Shown here one piece after another: positions 29,739 to 39,170 of a stretch of DNA of 64,000 nt. Position numbers and translations under genes: made by a program. The stretch comes from Leptospiraceae bacterium. Lineage in GTDB: Bacteria; Spirochaetota; Leptospiria; Leptospirales; Leptonemataceae. The notes beneath the pieces are model-generated. The model saw nothing but the letters and a program-made list of their open reading frames with translations. It was not told the origin of the DNA and did not search any database. Positions within the stretch are counted from its first letter, which is position 1. Each line of letters opens with the position of its first letter. Where the stretch lies: NCBI GenBank assembly GCA_040217195.1, contig JAVJNR010000004.1, positions 928,001 to 992,000 of the forward strand, read 5' to 3'.

Positions 29739-29799
29739 ATGAACCTCCGGGCTACCGACTAATGCTACAAATTGGGACGTTGTAGTAAGAGAATTCTGG

Positions 29800-30585
29800 T
29801 CAGCCCTGTTTAAATTGCTGAAAGTCCGGTCGCCGACCTTCCATAACAGATCGAAAACCTTCCTGCGCTTCTTTTGTTTCGATTGTTCGTATGGTCCAAT
29901 CCCGATCCGTCAATTCCATTTTAGAAAACATTTCATCAAATGGTAATCGAAGTGCTTTTTTGAGTCCCACCAGGGCTGGCCGGGGAGTTTTAATCAGTTT
30001 TTTCGCAAAGGACATTGATTGATCGAATAGTTCTTTTGCATTAAATACTTCATCGATTAGACCAATTTCCTTCGCCTGGTCTGGCTTAATGAGCTTTCCC
30101 TGCATCAAAAGGTCTCTGGCTTCATTCATTCCTACAGTTTCAACCAGCATTCGAGCACCTGTGGCCGGAAAATTCATTCCTATATTCGCTTCCGGAAAAC
30201 CAATTCGCCCTTTCTCACCGTTCATGAAGCGATAATCGGAGAAAAGAGCGAAAATGGCACCAGCACCCACACAGTTTCCGTTGATAACTGAGATCACTGG
30301 AATGGGAACATGAAACAGAACCTGCGTAGAGCGAATTAAAATATCTACAATACGATGTATCTCCTGGTGCGACTTATCCACCATAATGGCCGGATCCAAT
30401 CCATTACAGAAAAAGCTTTTAGAAGCGCTGGTCAATAGCATGGCGCTATACGATTTATTTTTCTTTATTTCTTCCAGAGCCTTTGCGAAGTCCAGAAAAG
30501 CCTCTCCGTTAAAGGCATTCTGCTCGTTAAAATCCATACACAGCTCAACAATTTCGCCATGCTCTTTGATGATTGCTCCGCTCAT
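29800..30585 (-). CDS. enoyl-CoA hydratase/isomerase (crotonase) family
   Basis: FFCNGLD, INGNCVGAG, DYRF, GFPEANIG, AKEIGLIDEV. Confidence 0.9.
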   Translation of the reverse strand: MSGAIIKEHGEIVELCMDFNEQNAFNGEAFLDFAKALEEIKKNKSYSAMLLTSASKSFFCNGLDPAIMVDKSHQEIHRIVDILIRSTQVLFHVPIPVISVINGNCVGAGAIFALFSDYRFMNGEKGRIGFPEANIGMNFPATGARMLVETVGMNEARDLLMQGKLIKPDQAKEIGLIDEVFNAKELFDQSMSFAKKLIKTPRPALVGLKKALRLPFDEMFSKMELTDRDWTIRTIETKEAQEGFRSVMEGRRPDFQQFKQG

Positions 30586-30652
30586 TTTCTCGTCCTGTAT
30601 GTTATTGTCTCGTATTGCGCATTAAAGCAGTGGAACTGGCGCAGGAACTGGC

Positions 30653-32188
30653 TCACTTTACACTGCCCATTACTGATTCGATTCGCTTTAGCAACGTTTC
30701 CTTTCCAAGAAGTGAGAACAAAATAGGTAATTCCAGTCCATGCATTTTTCCGGTTGTAGCCACGCGAATGGGCATGAACAGTCCCCGGCCTTTGGCGCCA
30801 GCCGTTTTTCCGGCTGCTTTCATCAGTGCTCCAAAGTCATCAGGATTTTCTGGCTGTCCAGCTTCCAGCTCTGCACGAAAGGCCTCCACCACGTCTGATG
30901 CTCCATCGCCTGCAAGTACGGCGGCAGCCTCTTCATTCTCTGGCTCCACAGATTTGCGAAAGATTTCCAGAATATAGGGAACTGCATCATCCAGGGTAGT
31001 CATGTACTCTCGAATGGATCCAAGCGCCTTAACAAGAAGCTCCTCGTCGTCTTTGATCAGTCCGGAAACTTCGGCATTCTTTTCCAGGAATGGTCTGGCC
31101 AGCCGATAGAGTTCGGGCAATTCATAATGGCGTATGTACTTCTGGTTTAGCCAGTTTAGCTTACTTTTCTGATTAATCCATTTGTTGAGTTCTGATCTAT
31201 CCATGGAAAGCGGATCAAACTCGGCTTCGGACTTATCGGTTTCGAAGAAGTCAAACATGGCCGGGCTTTTGGAGCACCTGGCAATATCAAATTTCTGTGT
31301 AAGTCCACCGTCCGGTAAAAACTCCACTGCATCTTCCGGGTACCAACCAAGCAAAGCCATATAGTTTACCAGACCTTCGGAAAGATATCCCAGATCTCGA
31401 AACAAAAGTACAGACGTTGCACCCCTTCTTTTGGACAGTTTCTTGCGATCCGTACCTACAATTTCAGAAATGTGCGCATATACCGGTAGATCAAATCCCA
31501 GAGCGCGATGTATCAGAATTTGACGAGGGGTATTGGATAGATGCCCCACTCCGCGAATCACATGACTGATCTTCATTTCATGATCATCGATTACAACCGC
31601 ATAGTTATACGATGGAAAGCCATCGGACTTCACTATAATGAAATCTCCAATGAGCCTTGCATCAAACTTCACCCGGCCCTGTACAGCATCATCGACCACA
31701 ACTTCAGATGGATCTATTTTGAATCGAATGGCATACGGTTCCCCTGAATCCTTCTTGGCCTGCACTTCTTCGGGCGAAAGGTTGCTACACTTACCGTCAT
31801 AGACGTGCGGCACTCCCAGCATTTTGGAACGACTTTGCTTCTGCTCCAGTTCTTCGCTTGTGCAGAAGCAGGGATATGCCAGGCCTTTTTGTATCAAATC
31901 ATCTGTGTAGCCGCTGTATCTATCCAGCCGGTCCGATTGTCTATAGGGACCATATGAACCTCCTTCGCGTACACCTTCATCAGCTTCAATTCCCAGCCAG
32001 GCAAGAGAATCCAGAATAATGTCTTCCGATTCTCTTGTAGAGCGCTCCTGATCTGTATCTTCTACTCGCAGTACAAAGGAGCCGCCGCAGGCCTTCGCAT
32101 AGAGGTAATTAAAAAGGGCAGTTCGGGCGCCACCAATGTGCAAAAAGCCACTGGGAGACGGGGCAAACCTAGTTCTAACTTCAGACAT
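30653..32188 (-). CDS. gltX: glutamate--tRNA ligase
   Basis: RTRFAPSPSGFLHIGG, RVEDTD, KLSKR, anticodon-binding domain. Confidence 0.95.
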   Translation of the reverse strand: MSEVRTRFAPSPSGFLHIGGARTALFNYLYAKACGGSFVLRVEDTDQERSTRESEDIILDSLAWLGIEADEGVREGGSYGPYRQSDRLDRYSGYTDDLIQKGLAYPCFCTSEELEQKQSRSKMLGVPHVYDGKCSNLSPEEVQAKKDSGEPYAIRFKIDPSEVVVDDAVQGRVKFDARLIGDFIIVKSDGFPSYNYAVVIDDHEMKISHVIRGVGHLSNTPRQILIHRALGFDLPVYAHISEIVGTDRKKLSKRRGATSVLLFRDLGYLSEGLVNYMALLGWYPEDAVEFLPDGGLTQKFDIARCSKSPAMFDFFETDKSEAEFDPLSMDRSELNKWINQKSKLNWLNQKYIRHYELPELYRLARPFLEKNAEVSGLIKDDEELLVKALGSIREYMTTLDDAVPYILEIFRKSVEPENEEAAAVLAGDGASDVVEAFRAELEAGQPENPDDFGALMKAAGKTAGAKGRGLFMPIRVATTGKMHGLELPILFSLLGKETLLKRIESVMGSVK

Positions 32189-32194
32189 GTAAAC

Positions 32195-32599
32195 CTACCA
32201 GATTCGTTTAAATTCTTCGCGTAGTCCAATCTTATGCACCTGAAAGACCACTCCCCAGTATTCCTCATTAATGGGATCAACACGAACTACTCGACCGTAA
32301 TTGTTAATGATCGCTTCCAGCTTCACCTTACCGTTGTAAGTGGGGTAGCGAGGCAGAAATGGTTCTCGGGTAATCAATTCCATGGCACGGATGCGGCCTT
32401 TTTTCAGACCGTTGACCTGCGCCTCCTGGCGAGTACCGGCAAAGATTTGCATGTACACCTGATAGGTATTGCTGGAGATCATTCCAGATCGCTTGAACTC
32501 AGGTGGCATTTCCTGAAGTTCACGTAGAGTATCTTCAGTGGAGGTGCAAGAGCCAGCCAGAAAGCAGACAAGCAGGAGGGATGTTCTTAAGGACTTCAT
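32195..32599 (-). CDS. hypothetical lipoprotein
   Basis: FLAGSC lipobox; tightly packed in the gltX operon. Confidence 0.7.
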   Translation of the reverse strand: MKSLRTSLLLVCFLAGSCTSTEDTLRELQEMPPEFKRSGMISSNTYQVYMQIFAGTRQEAQVNGLKKGRIRAMELITREPFLPRYPTYNGKVKLEAIINNYGRVVRVDPINEEYWGVVFQVHKIGLREEFKRIW

Positions 32600-33303
32600 G
32601 GGAATAATGGGGAATGAATCGCCTCATTCCCGGTGTTGGTTTTATCGGTTCGCTTCTGCCAGGTACGCTCATAGCTTTCCGGGCGAAAGCTCAATTCAAT
32701 AGATTCAATCTCTTCGATCAGATCCGCATCACGAATTCGAAAGACTACGGTGCAAACATTACCGTCGCTGGTATCCTGTAAAGCAATGTAGCCCTTCTGT
32801 AGAATTGGTGCAAAGTCAATGGTGGCTAGAAAGAGGTCCCGGTCCGAAAATTGTACCGGATAATCCTGATCAAAGCTTGCCCGGTTGCCGGTAACCGGCA
32901 CAGGCGGGATACTAAGTCGAGTGTGCAGAAATATCCGCGCCATTCTGAACTGCGCTTTTTCCAGAGCTTTTTGTGCACAGATCCTATCTCGCTGCACCTT
33001 GCCTGCATCTGCAGTGGATTGCGATTTTCCCAGTGTCTGTACAATATCGGAAGCGAGGTACCCTTCCTCTTCCAGATTGTAGAGAGCGTACCGTTTATAG
33101 AGTACATCCGAGGGTTCCCAGAATTGACAGCCAGAACCGGCCAATGCCAGCAGTAGCATCAGATGAGACAATTTATATTTGAACCAGGTCCTGGACGGGT
33201 TCCATACCCCTGTCTGCAAGAGACTTGATTCAGCTTTCTCTCGGCTGGCCCATTGCCCGATTTTCATTCCATTTCTGGACTTGCGCACCCGGAAAGGCTG
33301 CAA
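32596..33303 (-). CDS. hypothetical lipoprotein
   Basis: LLLALAGSGC lipobox; true start probably downstream of 33303; stop overlaps the next start. Confidence 0.65.
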   Translation of the reverse strand: MQPFRVRKSRNGMKIGQWASREKAESSLLQTGVWNPSRTWFKYKLSHLMLLLALAGSGCQFWEPSDVLYKRYALYNLEEEGYLASDIVQTLGKSQSTADAGKVQRDRICAQKALEKAQFRMARIFLHTRLSIPPVPVTGNRASFDQDYPVQFSDRDLFLATIDFAPILQKGYIALQDTSDGNVCTVVFRIRDADLIEEIESIELSFRPESYERTWQKRTDKTNTGNEAIHSPLFP

Positions 33304-33327
33304 CCCTACCGCTGGGAAGCAAGCGAA

Positions 33328-34527
33328 TTATGCACGCCTTAAGAGTGTGACCAGTTCACTATGAGGAGTCCCAGGAAAGAAATCGAAGCAGTGCAGCTCA
33401 GCTATTTGGAAACCACCTTGCTGCAATATACCCAGGTCACGATTCAAAGTTTGCGGATTGCAAGAAGAATAGATGAGAAACTGAGAGGCGCTGCGCTGAA
33501 TCCACTGACAGAGCTTATCCTTGAGGCCCGCTCTGGGTGGATTGGCAATTAGAAGGGAATCTTTCCCCGGTGCAGGAAACTGTTGCGAAAGGTATTCAGC
33601 TACGTTAGCTCGATACAGATCTGTGGATCGAAATCGGGCTTTTAAACCGGCGGCCCGGAAGTTGGATTTTCCTTTTTCAATGGCCGGACCATGAGATTCA
33701 GCACCATAGAATATTGCCTCTTTTATTCCGGTCTTCTGGGCTCTTCGCAGCAATATTGCTGCGCCGATAAGTCCGGTTCCGCAAAAGAATTCATACACTG
33801 CATCCAGATCCGAACCGGGCAAATCATTTCGGACACGAAGAGCCATATCGCTCAGAGTTTTCAGCCATGAAGAAAACAGAAACCTGTTCGACTGAGCGAA
33901 CCCCTGGGCTGGCATTCTCCAGGAAAAATCCACATCTGGTAGAGAGATAGATCGTGCATCTTTGTTTGCATCCGAGTCAGCGGTGAGCCGATCATTAAAT
34001 ACCAGATCTGGCCGGGAGCCGATCATCTTATTTAAAGCAGGCGATAGGTTTCTGCATCCACCTGCCGGAAGGGACACCACATCATTTGTATGTAATGCAA
34101 AAAAGCCTCGTCTGCCATTCTGTTCATGTAGGCGAACCTGGTTCCGGTATTCATTTCTGGGCCCGGAATGTACCTTTAAATCAGAAAGATAAGGTGCCAG
34201 AAACTTATGTTCCTGCAGCAAGGAAAGTTTAAGACCAAGCTCTTCTTCGTAGGATATATGGCGAAAACTGCATCCTCCGCAGGCCGGAAACACTAAACAG
34301 TCCGATTCCACTCGATTGGAGGCAGGCAATAAGACCTTTCGCACTACCGCAAAAGAATGCTGCGCCCTCATCTTGACGATCTCGGCCTGTACCGTCTCCC
34401 CTGGAAGTGCTCCATGCACAAATATGGTGTTGCCGTTATGATGTGACAGAGTCAGTCCATTCTGGACCCATTTATCGATTTTCAATTCCACCAGTCCATC
34501 AGTGGCTGCTTCGTCGGTTGATTTCAT
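33328..34527 (-). CDS. TRAM-domain RNA (uracil-5)-methyltransferase, RlmD/TrmA family
   Basis: TRAM GALPGE, C-x5-CGGC Fe-S motif, FAQSN, FCGTG, NPPRAG, YSSCNP, DFFPGTPHSE. Confidence 0.85.
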   Translation of the reverse strand: MKSTDEAATDGLVELKIDKWVQNGLTLSHHNGNTIFVHGALPGETVQAEIVKMRAQHSFAVVRKVLLPASNRVESDCLVFPACGGCSFRHISYEEELGLKLSLLQEHKFLAPYLSDLKVHSGPRNEYRNQVRLHEQNGRRGFFALHTNDVVSLPAGGCRNLSPALNKMIGSRPDLVFNDRLTADSDANKDARSISLPDVDFSWRMPAQGFAQSNRFLFSSWLKTLSDMALRVRNDLPGSDLDAVYEFFCGTGLIGAAILLRRAQKTGIKEAIFYGAESHGPAIEKGKSNFRAAGLKARFRSTDLYRANVAEYLSQQFPAPGKDSLLIANPPRAGLKDKLCQWIQRSASQFLIYSSCNPQTLNRDLGILQQGGFQIAELHCFDFFPGTPHSELVTLLRRA

Positions 34528-34637
34528 TTGTTTTTCTTTATCCGGTTTATTGCACCGACAACGCCAGGGTTAGCTGGATCGATGGAAATGATAGAATAAT
34601 AATAGGTGAGACTACTGGATCAAGATGGAAGGTTCAA

Positions 34638-34892
34638 TTAGAACAGAGCATCCTGCTCCTTTTCCGGGATGGGCTCAACGGTTACAGAACCATCTTCCTG
34701 CTTCTTTATCGTTTCCAATTTCTTTTCAGCTGTTTCCAGAATGGAGGTACAGATCTTCTTCAATTCCATTCCTTTTTCGTAGGCTTTGATAGAGTCATCC
34801 AGAGTTAATTCGCCGCTTTCGAGGTTTCGCGTAATCTCCTCCAGTTGCTGTAGAGCCTCCTCAAAGGATATGCTTTCTTTCTTTTTTGCCAT
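34638..34892 (-). CDS. xseB: exodeoxyribonuclease VII small subunit
   Basis: SFEEALQQLEEI..LESGELTLDDSIKAYEKG. Confidence 0.9.
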   Translation of the reverse strand: MAKKKESISFEEALQQLEEITRNLESGELTLDDSIKAYEKGMELKKICTSILETAEKKLETIKKQEDGSVTVEPIPEKEQDALF

Positions 34893-34918
34893 TGGGTTTC
34901 TCTCCGAAATTGTCGGGT

Positions 34919-36133
34919 CTAAATACCGTCTCCCAGAAATTCCATATACTCCGGATGATTTCCGGAAACCAGACGATGCACCAGGCCAGCCAATTCAGGC
35001 TCTGGCTTCTGTTTACGGCGGGCGAAGATTTTTTCGCAGTCCCCCAGGAATCGATCCGTTTCATAACGGCGACCGGTGAGTCCCCAGGATAGAGGATACA
35101 GATACTTGGGCGGGTGGCCTCCGAATACATTGCTGCCTGCATCCAGAACGGTTCCTGTATTTATCATCGTGCCGATGGCAGTCTTTACACAATCTCCCAG
35201 GATGGAGCCGAACTTGATCCGTCCGGTGGACACTTCGACTACTTCGCTTTCATAATCCGGGAATTGATCCACAGGTAGCTTCAGTCGAATTTCACCGTAG
35301 TTATTCTTTAGATCCGACGTTGTGGTAAGTGCACCCAGATTAACCCAGCTACCAATAATGCTGTGTCCCACAAATCCTTCATGGTGCTTGTTTGTAAAAT
35401 CACCCAGTATTGAGTTTTCTATTTCCCCGCCCAGGCGGCAGCCGGAACCGATTAGATTACCACCGGTTAGCCGCAAATTGTCCAGTCTGCAGCCGGGGCC
35501 GGCGTACACAGGGCCTTCCAGAAATGAAAATGCACTGATTTTCACATCTTCATTTAAGATGATCGGACCTTCTCTTGCATCCAGAACGACTCCGGGGCCA
35601 ATTTCGCAGGATGGATGAATCAGTAGGTTCCCTGGATTTCCCAGTACAGATACCTCATTGAGATGATAGTAAGGCCCGGATATCCATTGCCACATTTTTC
35701 CCGGGTCGGAGCTTACATTGCTGGCTCCAGAACTCCGAAGCAAATCCAGGTCCCTCTGTAGCGAGCCGGCCATGTCATCAAGAATGCGAAACAGAGAAAG
35801 GCTGGAAGAGGTGCGAATTTCAATACCCGACTTCTGCGAAAGTATCTGAATTTCTTTTTCCGGACGCCCTCGGTCCTGCGCTCCCAGATAAAGGGAATGC
35901 TCCGGCGGTAGACTCTGCAGAGCTCGGGCCCCAAGGGTGCGAGCGAAGACACTTTCCAATTCAGGATCTGGATGATAGTAGAACAGTTCGCTGGAAGGAT
36001 ATCCCAGCCGAATCCTCTCCAATTCAGTGAGAAGTCCGGTGCGAAATCGAAAAATACTCTGGAAACGGCTGAGCGGACGGTGCTCCAGGAGGCCCCGCTC
36101 AATTATTAGTATGTCCGGATTCTGGGATGGCAT
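34919..36133 (-). CDS. GlmU-family putative sugar nucleotidyltransferase/acetyltransferase with hexapeptide repeats
   Basis: NKHHEGFVGHSIIGSWVNLGA.TTTSDLKNNY; left-handed beta-helix repeats; directly downstream of glmS. Confidence 0.8.
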   Translation of the reverse strand: MPSQNPDILIIERGLLEHRPLSRFQSIFRFRTGLLTELERIRLGYPSSELFYYHPDPELESVFARTLGARALQSLPPEHSLYLGAQDRGRPEKEIQILSQKSGIEIRTSSSLSLFRILDDMAGSLQRDLDLLRSSGASNVSSDPGKMWQWISGPYYHLNEVSVLGNPGNLLIHPSCEIGPGVVLDAREGPIILNEDVKISAFSFLEGPVYAGPGCRLDNLRLTGGNLIGSGCRLGGEIENSILGDFTNKHHEGFVGHSIIGSWVNLGALTTTSDLKNNYGEIRLKLPVDQFPDYESEVVEVSTGRIKFGSILGDCVKTAIGTMINTGTVLDAGSNVFGGHPPKYLYPLSWGLTGRRYETDRFLGDCEKIFARRKQKPEPELAGLVHRLVSGNHPEYMEFLGDGI

Positions 36134-36153
36134 ACGGAATCAAATGATCCCGG

Positions 36154-37986
36154 TTACTCCACTGTGACGGACTTTGCCAGGTTTCTGGGCTGATCCGGTT
36201 CGCATCCCCTTTCCAGGGCCACATAGTAGGCCAGTAACTGCAACGGAATAACCGAGAGGATGGGAGTAAGGTAATCCGGACTGTCCGGTATGGTAAAGCA
36301 GAAATCCGACATGGCTGGAACTGTCTCATCCCCCTCGGTAACAATAGATAGTATCTTGCCTTTGCGAGTACGGACCTCTTCGATATTGGAAACCATCTTC
36401 TCATAAATCTCTGTTTTAGGAGCCAGACAGACCACCGGCACTTCATCGGTAATAAGAGCAATGGGGCCATGCTTGAATTCGCCACCGGCATATCCGGAAG
36501 CATGAATATAAGAAACTTCTTTCAGCTTTAATGCTCCTTCCAGCGCTGTCGGATGATTAAAATGACGACCCAGAAATACAAAGTCCTTGGTAGTTCTGAA
36601 CTGACGGGCCATCTCCTTGATCTCATCTGCTTTTGCGAGAATGGCCTCAATCTTTGAAGGAATCATCCGAATTTCCTGGAACATCTCCTGGCGATCTTCC
36701 TTTTCGGTTAGCCATCGGATTCCTGACATCATCAGTGAGAAGAATAACAGGTGCATCAATTGAGCAGTGTAGGCCTTGGTAGAAGCCACTCCTATCTCAG
36801 GACCACCCATGAGATCAATATGTGCATCGGATTCATGCGCAATTGTAGATTCCGTACGATTCACAAGAGACAGTACCTTGCAAAATTTCGCCTTTGCCTC
36901 ATGGACTCCGGCCAGTGTATCTGCAGTCTCCCCGCTTTGAGAAATGGCCATAACCAGGGTATCCCCTTCCGCGATAGGGTTCCTGTATCGAAATTCGGAT
37001 GAGATGTCTACTTCTGTGGCAATTCTTGCAAATCGCTCCAGATAGATCTTACCCACCATGCCTGCATGCCAGGAAGTGCCGGCGCTGGTTACCAGGATAC
37101 GACCTACCCGCCCAAAAAAATCATTGGGCATTTGCATTTCATCAAATCGAATTTTGCCCTTTTCATCCATTCTTCGCTCAATGATTCGGCGAAGCATATC
37201 TGGCTGCTCGTAGATTTCTTTGAGCATGAAGTGATCATAGCCACCTTTATCAAGCTCACTAACCTGCATGGTAATGGTGGTGGTTTCGAAGGTTACTTCT
37301 GCACCGTCTGCATCGTATAAATGCATTCCATCTTTATCGATCCAGCCCCACTGGCCATTTTCGATTATATACTGCTCTTTTGCCTGAGGGATTACTGCCA
37401 GGATATCGCTGGCCAGAAAGGTCTCTCCAGCGCCCTGGCCAAATACTAACGGCGATCCATCCCGAGCAAAGAAAACTGTGTCCGGGAATTCATCATGAAC
37501 CAGGCAGAAGGAATACCGACCTTCCAGGCGGACAACTGAGGTTCGAATGGCTTCTTTCAAATCTCCTGTCTTTTTCCATTCTTCCTCTATCAAATGAGGA
37601 ATGACCTCGGTGTCCGTATCCGTATGAAAGAGATGCCCCTTTGCGATAAGCTCATTTCGTAGAATATGATGATTTTCGATAATGCCGTTGTGAACCAGAG
37701 CCATCCGGTTCTTGCAATCTGTGTGGGGATGGGCATTTACCTTGCTTGGTTGACCATGAGTGGCCCAACGAGTATGACCTATTCCGGCCGGTCCCTCAAT
37801 GGGATAGAGCTTCAGTAGATCTTCCAGCTCTTTGATCTTTCCTTTCTCTTTGCGAACTTCCAGTTCACCCTTATCAATGGCAGCAATGCCAGCTGAATCA
37901 TAGCCTCTATACTCAAGTCGGGTAAGTCCCACTAGAAGCACTGAATGTACTGATTTTGGGCCAGCATAAGCCACGATTCCACACAT
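36154..37986 (-). CDS. glmS: glutamine--fructose-6-phosphate transaminase
   Basis: MCGIV, EYRGYDSAG, GHTRWATHG, SQSGETAD, PRNLAKSVTVE. Confidence 0.97.
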   Translation of the reverse strand: MCGIVAYAGPKSVHSVLLVGLTRLEYRGYDSAGIAAIDKGELEVRKEKGKIKELEDLLKLYPIEGPAGIGHTRWATHGQPSKVNAHPHTDCKNRMALVHNGIIENHHILRNELIAKGHLFHTDTDTEVIPHLIEEEWKKTGDLKEAIRTSVVRLEGRYSFCLVHDEFPDTVFFARDGSPLVFGQGAGETFLASDILAVIPQAKEQYIIENGQWGWIDKDGMHLYDADGAEVTFETTTITMQVSELDKGGYDHFMLKEIYEQPDMLRRIIERRMDEKGKIRFDEMQMPNDFFGRVGRILVTSAGTSWHAGMVGKIYLERFARIATEVDISSEFRYRNPIAEGDTLVMAISQSGETADTLAGVHEAKAKFCKVLSLVNRTESTIAHESDAHIDLMGGPEIGVASTKAYTAQLMHLLFFSLMMSGIRWLTEKEDRQEMFQEIRMIPSKIEAILAKADEIKEMARQFRTTKDFVFLGRHFNHPTALEGALKLKEVSYIHASGYAGGEFKHGPIALITDEVPVVCLAPKTEIYEKMVSNIEEVRTRKGKILSIVTEGDETVPAMSDFCFTIPDSPDYLTPILSVIPLQLLAYYVALERGCEPDQPRNLAKSVTVE

Positions 37987-38023
37987 GCCTGGCAGATTTT
38001 GACTACCAGATTTCGAAGCAAGT

Positions 38024-38047
38024 AGGAAAGGGCCGGAAATCCGGCCC
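38024..38047 (-). terminator. hairpin GGGCCGG-ATTT-CCGGCCC followed by TTTCCT
   Basis: Perfect 7-bp GC stem downstream of the 38112 gene; weak U-tract. Confidence 0.45.
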
Positions 38048-38111
38048 GATTTGGCTTAACATTATTTGTGTAAGCGAACTGGTACAGTGTAGCGTTTTGG
38101 ATACAGTGCTT

Positions 38112-38537
38112 TCAGACAGCTTTTGAAATGCTCAAATCGATGAAGCTACCCGGACGGTTCGCATTGGCCCGATTGCCCAGGTTTGCCAAACTGGAAATCA
38201 GCATAATCAAACCGGTAAAGAATGCAATCTTCGCGGCGGATCTGAGGTTGCGAAATCGTTTTCCAATCATGAATAATAGAGTCACTATACCAGCGAAAAT
38301 AAACGGTGCCAGAAATAGGCCCGAATAATATCCGATGGTGGATGCCCGATTCCCGGTGTAGTCAGAGGAATTGGCTGCAAATGAAAGAAACCCTGCCAGA
38401 AATAGAATGATCAGAGCTCCAATAATCCAGAGCACCGTTCCGGCCGTGGATTTTTCAGGTTCTTGATACACTGGTTCTTCTTTCAATTCGTTGTTCTCGC
38501 CCATAGTAATTTCCAGAGTCTCAGATTTACTGTACAT
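38112..38537 (-). CDS. hypothetical membrane protein (3 TM)
   Basis: Three hydrophobic helices. Confidence 0.7.
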   Translation of the reverse strand: MYSKSETLEITMGENNELKEEPVYQEPEKSTAGTVLWIIGALIILFLAGFLSFAANSSDYTGNRASTIGYYSGLFLAPFIFAGIVTLLFMIGKRFRNLRSAAKIAFFTGLIMLISSLANLGNRANANRPGSFIDLSISKAV

Positions 38538-38614
38538 TTCGCAGGCAGGTCAATTATTTTTCAACCTTAACAGTTCTGCAGTAACTATGGGTTTTCCTAT
38601 CGAATCCACAAGGA

Positions 38615-39055
38615 TCACTCCGACGTGTGATTTTTCAGCTCGCAATCTATCATCCAATTGATTCCATACCGATCGCGAAAGTTTCCAAAGAGACTACCCC
38701 AGAACATTTCCTGAAGCTCCATTTCGATTTGCCCTCCCTCGGAAAGTGTTCCATAGATTCTTCTGGCTTGCTCTACATCGCTCAATGAAATGCAAATATG
38801 CTGATTATTTCCCTGCTCACATTTCTGTCCCATGGATTCCAGATTATCAGTACCCATTAGAATAAATGAATCTACAGGAAGAGAAATATGCATGATCTTA
38901 TCCAGATCTTCGGTGGGCACCGGAGCATCGCCATCTGCTGAAGGAATATCTCTGAATCTGATTAGATCCGAGAATTCGCCTCCAAATACTGACCGATAGA
39001 ATTGAAAGGCCTCCTCGGTCGTGCCGGGAAAATTTAAATAGGGATTTATTTTCAT
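38615..39055 (-). CDS. VOC/PhnB (YjdN-like) family protein
   Basis: MKINPYLNFPG..EEAF.FY.SVFG, IMH, FWG..FG..RDRYGINWMI. Confidence 0.9.
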   Translation of the reverse strand: MKINPYLNFPGTTEEAFQFYRSVFGGEFSDLIRFRDIPSADGDAPVPTEDLDKIMHISLPVDSFILMGTDNLESMGQKCEQGNNQHICISLSDVEQARRIYGTLSEGGQIEMELQEMFWGSLFGNFRDRYGINWMIDCELKNHTSE

Positions 39056-39170
39056 CCGCCTCTCCTGGCCAATTTTCTGACCTGGTTCCAGATTTGAGGT
39101 GCCTTGCACCAATCATTAGGAGGCTGCAGTCATTAAGAAACCTGTAAACTGAAATCCGCAGAGAGAACGG

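Noticed and set aside
37987..38111. glmS ribozyme upstream of glmS
   Set aside because: The gap is only about 125 nt and shows no ribozyme core; only a simple hairpin
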